A stretch of 64,000 nucleotides of DNA, from contig OY969603.1 of assembly GCA_963701315.1 (NCBI GenBank), positions 2,154,454-2,218,453 of the forward strand. Reading direction: 5' to 3'. Below are positions 29,774-38,981 of the stretch, in pieces (the stretch's first letter is position 1; each line of letters opens with the position of its first letter). The notes beneath the pieces were generated by a model. The model saw nothing but the letters and a program-made list of their open reading frames with translations, had not been told where the DNA came from and did not search any database. Source of the DNA: an uncultured Acidobacteriota bacterium. Its GTDB lineage: Bacteria > Acidobacteriota > Vicinamibacteria > Vicinamibacterales > Fen-181. A program made the translations under genes and the position numbers.

Positions 29774-30278
29774 TCCCGGTTCCTCCCGACATGGCGGGCG
29801 CCGACGCGCCCAGCATGGCCGCCAGGACGTCGTCGCTGCTGACGTCCTGCGAGAGACTCGTCATCCCGCTCGCCGGCGCGGTGTCCGACCCGAGGGCCCA
29901 GGAGTCGACCACTGCCGCGTCGACGCTGACGCGGGTGGGCATCGGACTGTCGACCGAGGAGCCGGCGTACGCGGCAAACAGCAGCAGCGCCGCCGCGACA
30001 GGCAGCATCCACTCGGTCCACCACCGCCAGTCGACCTCGGAGAACCACCGCCCTCCCCCAGCGCGCAGGCGTGCTTCGAGGCGGGCGGGGAATCCCGGCG
30101 CCACGTCGGCGTCGACCCGCGACGCCAGCACGGCCCGGACGGTCAGGTTGGCGCGGCGCCGCGCCGCGCACCGCGCGCACCGCGCCACGTGGTCGTCGAG
30201 CACCGAGCGTTCGGACGCGTCGAGCGTGCCGTCCACATCGCGGACGATCAACGCTTCCGCTGTGCTGCAGGTGACCAT
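29763..30278 (-). CDS. anti-sigma factor (zf-HC2 / ZAS-like)
   Basis: DDHVARCARCAARR (HxxxCxxC) and one TM (WMLPVAAALLLFAAYAG). The gene overlaps the ECF sigma 3' end. Confidence 0.7.
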   Translation of the reverse strand: MVTCSTAEALIVRDVDGTLDASERSVLDDHVARCARCAARRRANLTVRAVLASRVDADVAPGFPARLEARLRAGGGRWFSEVDWRWWTEWMLPVAAALLLFAAYAGSSVDSPMPTRVSVDAAVVDSWALGSDTAPASGMTSLSQDVSSDDVLAAMLGASAPAMSGGTGNGR

Positions 30279-30916
30279 GTGGGTCCTCCCCCGGGGCGTC
30301 GGGCCGGCGAGGCCGACACGCCGACCAGATCCGCCAACAACGGCCTGAGCTTCTCCCGTCCTCTCGCGATCCTCGACATCACGGTGCCGATCGGCACGCC
30401 GAGCACGTCGGCCATCTCGCGGTACTCGAGCCCTTCGATGTCGCGCAATATCACCGCCAGCCGCAGCGCGGGCGTCAGCTGTCCGAGCGCCCGGTCGATG
30501 GCGTCGCGCCGCACGACGCTCGTCTCCACGTCTCCGGGATCGGCCAGCTCGTCCAGCGGGTCTCCCGGCGGAGTGGCCTGGTCCGCGTCGCGGCGGCGGA
30601 GAAACGCGAACAGACTCGGCCGCCGCAGCTGGGAACGGACGACGTTGACGGCCACGCGGTAGAGCCAGGTGCGGAACGCGCTGTCTCCGCGGAACCCGCG
30701 CAGACCCCTGAACACGCGCACGAAGACGTCCTGCGCCAGGTCGTCGGCATCCGCGTCGTTCCCGGTGAGGCTCCGCGCGAGGTTGAAGACCCGGGACTGG
30801 TAGCGCGCGACCAGCTCGGCAAACGCGTCCTCGTCACCGTCGCGGGCCTTCTCGACCAGCCCTCGGTCTGGATCCACCCACCGGCTCCCGTCGTTGTCCC
30901 CTGCCCGATTAGACAT
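30248..30916 (-). CDS. ECF-type RNA polymerase sigma-70 factor
   Basis: AFAELVARYQSRVFNLARSLTGNDADADDLAQDVFVRVFRGL (region 2) and LRLAVILRDIEGLEYREMADVLGVPIGTVMSRIARGREKL (region 4). Confidence 0.9.
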   Translation of the reverse strand: MSNRAGDNDGSRWVDPDRGLVEKARDGDEDAFAELVARYQSRVFNLARSLTGNDADADDLAQDVFVRVFRGLRGFRGDSAFRTWLYRVAVNVVRSQLRRPSLFAFLRRRDADQATPPGDPLDELADPGDVETSVVRRDAIDRALGQLTPALRLAVILRDIEGLEYREMADVLGVPIGTVMSRIARGREKLRPLLADLVGVSASPARRPGGGPTWSPAAQRKR

Positions 30917-31351
30917 GACTGCCAACCAGCTTATTCCATCGCCCGGTCGGCCCGACCCGCTTCGGGCCTCCACCGAGCCCAACCGCGACGGAAGGCGAAT
31001 ACCCGCCCCCGGGAGTCCAAAAAAGAGACCCGCCGCGTCGGCCGTTTCGGCCAAGGTCTCAGCCCAAGCGCCACGCATCCAAGATCTTGCACGATTCTTC
31101 CGACTGTTTGGATCGCTCGGGACAACTGCCCAGCCGCGTGAAGCGACGTGAGCCGTAACACCTTTCAGGTGAATACCTTGCGATGATACAAAGGACCGAA
31201 TATTTTTCAGCCTGCTGGTCCGCCGTTTGCTTGGCTGTTCGATTTGGTCCCTGCGCCGTTCGGTCGAGTCGTGAACGTTGTGCTTTCTCCGGCCCCGCGA
31301 ACGGGTCGCCGTTCCGCCAGGTTCGATAGGTTTCTTGCAAAGGAGGTCTGA

Positions 31352-34178
31352 ATGCGAGTCGCCAGGCTAGTTGCCCTCGTCCTTGCGTTCGCCGTCGCGG
31401 CCGCCATCGGCCCGCTCTATGCCCAGACGGACACCGGCAAGATCGATGGGCGCGTGTTCGACGAGCAGAAGGCCGGCATGCCGGGCGTGACCATCACGGC
31501 CAAGCACATGGCCACCGGGCGCGCGCGTACGACGACGAGCGGCTCGACGGGAAGCTACCACTTCGAGTCGATGGAGGTCGGCACCTGGGACGTCACCGCC
31601 GAGATCCAGGGGTTCTCGACGCAGGTCCACAAGGGCATCGTCGTGCAGGTCGCCTCCTCGGTGACCGTCGACTTCACGATGAAGGTCGGCAACCTCTCGG
31701 AGACCGTCGTCGTCACTGGCGAAGCGCCGCTCGTGCAGACGACCAAGTCCGACGTCGGCCAGGTGATCACGAACACGATGGTCGAGAACATCCCGCTCAA
31801 CGGCCGGAAGTTCCAGGACCTGTCGCTGATGGTCCCCGGCACGCGGCCGTCGAACTACTATGACCCGACCAAGACCGAGGTTGGCGGCATCAGCTACGGC
31901 GGCCTGACCGGCCGGTCCGTGAACATCAGCGTGGATGGGGGCGACAACAACGACGGCGTCGTCCGCGGCCTGCTGCAGCAGTTCAGCGCTGACGCCATCC
32001 AGGAGTACAAGGTCACCACCGAACGCTACAGCGCCGAGTTCGGCCGGTCCACTGGCGGCTTGGTGAACGTCATCACCAAGAGCGGCACGAACGACTTCCA
32101 CGGGTCCGGCTTCCTCTTCGCCCGCAACGAAAAGCTGAACTCTGAAACCTACTTCGAGCAACAGACCAGCGCGGGCAAGCCGCCGTTCAGCCAGCAGCAG
32201 CCCGGTGCCACGCTCGGCGGCCCGATCATCAAGGACAAGGCGTTCTTCTTCGGGTCCTACGAGATACAACCGGCGGAACGACTACGCCACGGTGTACACC
32301 GACGGCGTCCTGCCCGACCAGGAAGGCGCGTTCCCGAAGCCGTTCCGCGATCAGCTGGTGACCGCCAAGACCGACTTCCAGCTGGCGTCGAACAACCACC
32401 TGCTGGTGCGGTACGCGCTCGAGGACCAGAAAACCGACCACGATTTCATCGGTGGCAAGACACTGGCCTCGGCCGGCGCGACGAACACGAACCTGATCCA
32501 CTCGGTCATCGCGAAGGACTCGGCCGTGTTCGGCAACTCGAAGCTGAACGAGTTCGTCTTCCTGTTCCAGCATTTCGAGAACGACATCACGGCTGAGAAC
32601 AGCAGCGAGCCGGGCATCGTGACCCCGGACTTCACCTTCGGCGCCAACATCAACACGCCGCAGCAGACGATCCAGAACCGGTTCCAGGTCAAGGACGACT
32701 TCTCGTTCCGCAAGGAAGGCTGGGGCGGGGACCACGACTTCAAGCTGGGCGGCGAGCTCCTCCGGTCCCACTTCGGCGGGTTCTTCACACCGACGCTCTA
32801 CGGGATGTTCTATTTCCAGAACCGGCTCCCGGGAAACTCCATCAACAGCTACCTGAACGCGGTCGCGGACACCTTCAGCGGGTCGGCCGGCACGACCACG
32901 TTCAACGACAACTGGACGTACGTCGCCACCTACTTCCAGGACGACTGGAAGCCCCGAAGCAACCTCACGATCAACCTGGGTCTCCGCTGGGAGATGCAGG
33001 CGGGCCCGTACAAGAACGACGTCGACACGCCCGTCCTCGCGCTCCTCGGGCAGCTGGGTTACAACAACCAGCGGAAGCAGGACCTGAAAGACTTCGGTCC
33101 GCGCGCCGGCTTTGCCTGGGACGTGAAGGGTGACGGCAAGACGGTCGTCCGCGGCGGGTGGGGCATCTACTACGACGAGATCTTCCAGAACATCACGCTC
33201 TACGAGCACTGGAGCGACGTCCGGGCCCCTGTCAACTTCATCACCTTCTCGCCCGCGCCTTGGACGCCCGCCTACTACGAGGCCAACCGCAACGCGATCC
33301 GCAACTCGCTCGTCGACCCGACGTTCGCCGGCCAAGTCATGCGGTTGACCTCGCCCGACCTCAAGCAGCCGTACTCGAACCAGTTCAACGTGGGGTTCTC
33401 CCATTCCCTCACGAAGAACGTGTCTCTCGACCTCGACTACGTCCATGCATTGGGTGAGCGTGAGATCGCCCGGTGGACCATCGACACGCCCTACAACCTG
33501 AACACGGAGCTGTCTCCGGCCGGGCAGTTCCAGCCGTTGTGGGGGCGCATCAACGTCGAGGGCAACCGCGGCCATTCGCGGATCGACGCCTTCTACGTCA
33601 CCGGCAAGGCCCGGATGAAGCAGATCGAACTCATCACGACCTACTCGCTGACGAAGGGGCTGAACATCGCGAATGACTTCGGCTCCTACCCGGGAAACCT
33701 GAACAACATCGCCTGGGAGAGCGACTGGGGTCCGATGCCGAACGACATCCGGCACCGGTTCACCTTGGCCGGGATCATTCCGCTCGGCAAGGGATTCCAG
33801 CTGTCGAGCTCCGTCCAGGCGAACACCGGCAAGCCCTACAACCCGGTGGCAGGCTACGCGGGCCAGAAGAACGCTATCCGGGCGATCAATCCGTCGACGG
33901 GCCTGCCCTTCGACCGCAACTCGTTCTACGGTCCGGGCTTCGCTACGTGGGACGCCCGGCTCTCCAAGGACTTCAAGTTCGCAAGGGGGCAGGCGTTCGA
34001 GGTGCTCTTCGAGGTCTTCAACCTCACCGACCACGTCAACTTCAGCGGTGACACGGCGTACGGCTTCAACAACGACTACGGCACGGGGAGCACCCCCAAG
34101 TCCGGCTTCGGCCAGGCGACGCAGATCGTGCCCGGCAGCAACCGGCAGGCGGAGTTCGGCCTTCGATACAAGTTCTAG
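31352..34178 (+). pseudogene. TonB-dependent outer-membrane receptor (CarboxypepD_reg N-terminus); +1 insertion near 32264
   Basis: MRVARLVALVLAFAVAAAIGPLYAQ, GKIDGRVFDEQKAGMPGVTIT...GSYHF...GTWDV, plug NIPLNGRKFQDL...FFFGSYE | YNRRNDYATVY..., barrel ending QAEFGLRYKF. Confidence 0.85.
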
Positions 34179-34226
34179 CTGTGAAGGCTGGTGTCCCGCC
34201 GGGGACTCCTCCTTCGCTGCTCGTGC

Positions 34227-34263
34227 GGGGCGGACGCCATCAACGGCGTCCGCCCCTTTTTTT
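34227..34263 (+). terminator. rho-independent terminator downstream of the TonB receptor
   Basis: Perfect 12-bp stem GGGGCGGACGCC / GGCGTCCGCCCC with a 6-nt loop, followed by T7. Confidence 0.7.
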
Positions 34264-34462
34264 CGCGATCGCGGACCGTGCCGATTGGACACCGACGACG
34301 ATGGATCGACGGGTCCCCTCGAGCGTCTCGGAGGGTCGGCCGTCAAGCCGAGACGGGTCGCCACCCGGTGTGAGGACGGCCCACGAGGAGGTTCGGGGCT
34401 GGTCGTCAGCCAGGCCCGGCGTTCCAGGGAGACGATGCCGGGGCACGCCACAGAGCGGCCGT

Positions 34463-36670
34463 CTACTGCAGGCGGGCCAATCGGCGGCGCGCTTCGGCGC
34501 GGGCATTGTCTGTCATGCCGGTGCCCGCCACGCGCCGGTACTCGGTCTGGGCGTCGGTTCGCTGCCCCTGGCGCTGGTACACCAGCCCGAGATTCAGCCG
34601 CGCATCGTCGTCGCGTGGCTCGATCTCGATGGCACGCTGGAGTGCGGAGGCGGCCTCGGCGAGCCGTCCTTGCTGCGCGTAGAGGGCACCGAGTCCCGTC
34701 AACGCCGGTTCGAAGTCGGGCTGCAGCTTCAACAGGACCTCGAATTCCGCCTGGGCCTCGACGGGATGCCCGGCCTCGGCGAGCACTTTGGCCAGGTCCA
34801 GCCGTATCATCGGCTTGGCCGGATCGGTCGCCACCGCGGTCCGCAACTCGGCGAGTGCGGCCGGGTAGTCGCCGCGCGAAGCCAGAATCCCGCCCTTCAT
34901 GATGCGCGCGTCCGTGAAACGCGGGTCAATGGCGAGCGTTGCCTCTGCCTCGCGGAGGGCCCCCGCCTGATCTCCCGACCGGAGCGTGCAGATCGAGATC
35001 CAGTGATGGGCGTAGGCGCTGGTGGGCACCAGCGCCAGGTAGCGGCGGTACTGGAGGATGGCCTCGCGGTACTCACCCATGCCCATGTGGGCGCTGCCGA
35101 GCACGAGCTGGGCGAATGCGTTCCGCGGGTCTTCCCTGAGCACGTCGTGCAGGATCGGCAGCGCCTCGGCGAAGCGATGGTCGCGGACGGCGCTGTTGGC
35201 GCGGCGCAACCGGTTGAAGACGGCGATCATGTCCTTCGGGTCGGCCTTCGACCCACCCACATCGGCCGGCGAGGGTTCCGCTCCGGCCCCGACGTATCCG
35301 AGCGCCGCCAGCTTCTCGAGCGTCTCGCGGTCCATCCGGCCCGGCGTCATCTCGCCGCCCCCGCCGCCCGTCAGACGGTCGAGCTCTCGCCGCAGTCCCT
35401 GGGCCGTCTGGGCCCGATCGGCCGCCCGGTTCTCCGCTTCGGCCGGGTCGGAGGCCAGGTCGTAGAGTTCGGGGCGAGGCGCGTCGATGTACTTCCACCG
35501 CTCGTCGCGCACCGTTCGCAGCGGTGCCCAGTTCATGTAGAACTTCGGCAGGAACGTCTCGGCGTACACGATCGGCGCGGGCATCGTGTCGCGGCCGCCC
35601 ATCAGCGGCACGAGACTCCGGCCGTCCACACGCGTGAGGCCCGGCGCGCCCAGCAGGTCGAGCACCGTCGGGGCCAGATCGACCGCACGCACCTGCGCGT
35701 CCACCACGCGCCCCTCGGGCACCAGCCCTGGCCGCCAGAGGAGGAACGGCACCCGGATCGCGCTGTCGTAGACGAACATCGAGTGCGTCTCTTCACCGTG
35801 ATCGCCGAGGCTCTCGCCGTGGTCGCCGATTACCGCCACCAGCGTCCGGTCCCTGAGGCCGAGCTGGCCCAGCCGGTCCATCACGGCCGCGATGACCGCG
35901 TCGTCGAAGGCGATCTCGCCGTCGTACGGAGCATCGGCAAAGGCCTCACGGAACGGTGACGGCGGGCGATACGGCTCGTGCGGGTCGTAGAGGTGCAGCC
36001 AGATGAAGAAGGGCGCCGGGTGCGGGTCCTTCGCGTACCGGTCCAGCCACGCCGTCAGGGCCAGGGCCGTCCGGTCGCCGCGCCGCTCCGCCTCGAGGCT
36101 GATGACCTGCGGGTTGGCACCTTCCTGTTTGTCGTCGTAGTCGGCAAACCCGCGGGCCAGGCCGTATCGCCGGTCCAGGATGAACGAACTGACGAACGCG
36201 GCGGTCTTGTAGCCGTGGTCGTGCAGGAGCGTCGCCAGCGTCGGGACCTGGTCGCCGAGATAGAAATTGCCGTTGTTGCGAACGCCGTGGTGGAACGGAT
36301 AGAGGCCGGTCAGGATCGACGCGTGGGCCGGCAGCGTGATCGGCGCCGGGCTGAAGGCCTGCGCGAAGCGAACGCCTTCGGAGGCGAGCTGGTCCAGGTG
36401 CCGCGTCCGCGCTCGGCCGTATCCATAGCAGCCCAAGTGGTCCGCCCGCGTCGTGTCGAGCGTGATGAGCAGGAGGTTCAGGGGGGCGGGCGGGACCCCC
36501 GCCGCCGGCGTCGCCTGGCGGAGATAGGAATACACGCCCACGGCCAGGCCGGCCAAGCACAGGAGCGCCACCCCGATCCCCAGTGGCCGCCGCGACCCCT
36601 GCGCTCGACGGGGCGGAGGGGTGGCCCGGCGGCCGACCGACCGGGCCCGACGTGCGCTCTCCTTGGACAT
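34463..36670 (-). CDS. membrane-anchored sulfatase-like / TPR fusion protein, paralogue B (intact)
   Basis: 735 aa from MSKESARR with a TM segment. LITLDTTRADHLGCYGY, PITLPAHASILTG, IGDHGESLGDHGE, IRVPFLL, PRPELYDLASDP, LAALGYVGAG, then about 7 TPR-like repeats. Confidence 0.85.
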   Translation of the reverse strand: MSKESARRARSVGRRATPPPRRAQGSRRPLGIGVALLCLAGLAVGVYSYLRQATPAAGVPPAPLNLLLITLDTTRADHLGCYGYGRARTRHLDQLASEGVRFAQAFSPAPITLPAHASILTGLYPFHHGVRNNGNFYLGDQVPTLATLLHDHGYKTAAFVSSFILDRRYGLARGFADYDDKQEGANPQVISLEAERRGDRTALALTAWLDRYAKDPHPAPFFIWLHLYDPHEPYRPPSPFREAFADAPYDGEIAFDDAVIAAVMDRLGQLGLRDRTLVAVIGDHGESLGDHGEETHSMFVYDSAIRVPFLLWRPGLVPEGRVVDAQVRAVDLAPTVLDLLGAPGLTRVDGRSLVPLMGGRDTMPAPIVYAETFLPKFYMNWAPLRTVRDERWKYIDAPRPELYDLASDPAEAENRAADRAQTAQGLRRELDRLTGGGGGEMTPGRMDRETLEKLAALGYVGAGAEPSPADVGGSKADPKDMIAVFNRLRRANSAVRDHRFAEALPILHDVLREDPRNAFAQLVLGSAHMGMGEYREAILQYRRYLALVPTSAYAHHWISICTLRSGDQAGALREAEATLAIDPRFTDARIMKGGILASRGDYPAALAELRTAVATDPAKPMIRLDLAKVLAEAGHPVEAQAEFEVLLKLQPDFEPALTGLGALYAQQGRLAEAASALQRAIEIEPRDDDARLNLGLVYQRQGQRTDAQTEYRRVAGTGMTDNARAEARRRLARLQ

Positions 36671-36695
36671 CCGGGTGCCTCGTCTTCTCCGCCGT

Positions 36696-38976
36696 CTATC
36701 GCCCGAGCTGCCGCAGCAGGTCCTCGATGTTGGGCTGGTGGGGCTGGCGGCGCAGCGACTCGCGCAGCGCTGCGACCGCGCCCGCCTGGTCGCCGGCCTG
36801 AAGCCGCGCCATGCCCAGGCCGTTCCAGACGACGGGGCTCGACGCGCCCGCCCGGATCGCCCGTTCGAAATACGGGATGGCGTCCGCCGGGTGACCGGTC
36901 TTCGCGAGCAACCCGCCGAGCGCCGCCACCGCATCGATGTTGCCCGGCTGCGCGTCGATCGCCGCCTTCAACAGTCCCATCGCCCGCTCCGACTCTCCCA
37001 GCCGCGCCAGCACCACCCCGAGCTTGAACGAGGCGTCCGGGTCGGCCTCGTCCCGCGCGTGGAGCGCCTCGAACCAGTTCCGCGCCCCCTCGAGATCCCC
37101 AGCTTTCAGCGCGACGTCGGCGAGCCCGGCCAGCGAGTCGGGATCATCGGAAACGAGGGCCCGCGCGCGCGCGAACGCGTCCCGGGCCTCGTCCAGACGT
37201 CCCATGGCCGTCAGCACCTTGCCCTGGCCACTGAAGGCGTCTGGGATCTGCGGGGCCTTCGCCGCCGCGCGCGTGAACGCGTCGAGGGCCTCGCCGAGCC
37301 GACCGACCCGGCGCAGGCTGTCGCCCAGCTCGGTCAGCGAGTCGGCACTGTCGTCGCCGCCCTCCACCACCTTCCGCATCTCGACGACAGCCTCGTCGGG
37401 ATGCCCCCCGGCGACCAGCGCCACCGCCAGATGGCGTCGAGCCAGCGCGTTGTCCGGGTCGGCGCGGAGGACCTCGCGCAGGTCCCGGGCCGCTTTGGGG
37501 GGATCGGCCCGCTCCGCCGCGATCGCGTTCTCGATGCGCACCGCGACCGCCGCCAGGTCCTTTGGGTCACGGAGGGAGGGCCGGGCGATCGGCCCTCCCG
37601 TGACGTACCCCAGGCTCCTCAGGCGTTCCGCGCTCTCGGAGGCCGGGCGCGCCGTCGGTCGCGCAGGTTGGCCGCGGCTGACAGCCGCCTCGACCGCCCT
37701 CCGCATCCGCGAGGCAACATCCGCGCGTTCCTCCGCCAGGTTTCGCAGCTGACCAGGATCCACCGACGTGTCATAGAGCTCGACGCGCGGAGCCTCGACG
37801 AACATCAGTCCTGGTTCGCGCCACCCGTAGAGAGGGGCCCAGCCGAAACTGAGGCGGCCAAAGAGCGACTCCACGTACGCGGGCTCGTCCGGCTCCTTCT
37901 TCCCCACCCACGACGGCCGGAGACTCCGCCCGTCGACCCCGGCCATCGGGGGCAGGCCGGCCAGATCGAGCAGGGTTGGCGCGACGTCGATGCCGCGAGC
38001 CAGCGTCGACGGCGCGAGGCCGCGAGCCACGCCGGGCCCGACGACGATCAGCTGGCACCCGAATCGTGGCGTCGTAGATGAAGAGCCCGTGCGTCGGCTC
38101 GCCGTGTTCGCCGAGTCCCTCCCCATGATCCGCCGTCACCAGCACGACCGGCTCCCCTCCGCGTCGGACCTGGCGCCAGGTGTCCAGCAGCACGCCGAGC
38201 TGCTGGTCCGTGAACGCAATCTCGCCGTCGTACGGGCGGTCGTGAAAACGCGTCCGGAAGGGCTCCGGCGGATCGGACGGCGCGTGAGGGTCGAACAGGT
38301 GCACCCACACGAAGACGGGCCCCGAGGCGGTCGCCTGCCGCAACCACGCCAACGCCGAGGCCACCGTCTGGTCTCCGCGGCGTTCGATGTAGGCGGGCCG
38401 CGCCGTGTCGTCGCCGCGCGGGAACCGGTCGTCGTAGACCGCAAAGCCACGACCGAGGCCGAACCGGTGGTGCACCGGAAACCCGGACACGAAGGCTGCC
38501 GTCTGGTAGCCGGCCTTCGTGAACCGCTCGGCGATCGTGGGCACGTCGGAGCCGAGAACGAACCCGGCGTTGTTGCGAACCCCATGGCGCAGCGGCGTCA
38601 GGCCGGTGAGAATCGACGTGTGCGAGGGCAACGTCAGCGGAACGTGGGCCACGGCGTTCGGAAACCGGACGCCCCGCGCCGCCAGCGCGTCGACCACTGG
38701 CGTCGCCGCGCCCCCATCGCCGTAGCAGCCCAGATGGTCCGCGCGGAGCGTGTCGATCGTCACGAGCAGGACGTCGGGGTGCGAGCTCCCCTCGGGCGGA
38801 GGCGGCGCGGCGCGCCAGCGCCACATCCACGCGGCCGCGCCCACGATCCCGACCAGGGCGACGGCTGCCAGGCCGACGGCCCGGAGGACCGGCGCGAGAC
38901 GGCGAGGCGGCTGGGCAGCTGGGGGCGTGGCGACCGGGGGCGTGGCGACCGCCCTGGGACGACGGCGATGGGACAT
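36696..38976 (-). pseudogene. membrane-anchored sulfatase-like / TPR fusion protein, paralogue C; +1 insertion near 38052-38056
   Basis: MSHRRRP...TM...LVTIDTLRADHLGCYGD, PLTLPSHTSILTG, TADHGEGLGEHGE, ATIRVP | LIVVGPGVARG...VELYDTSVDP...LRSLGYVTGG, then TPR repeats. Confidence 0.85.
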
Positions 38977-38981
38977 ACAGC

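Noticed and set aside
30917-31351. ECF-type promoter or riboswitch in the divergent spacer between the ECF sigma gene and the TonB receptor
   Set aside because: The spacer is AT-richer and surely regulatory. I could not find a convincing GGAAC-N16/17-CGT-type promoter or a recognisable riboswitch fold by eye, so I make no call.
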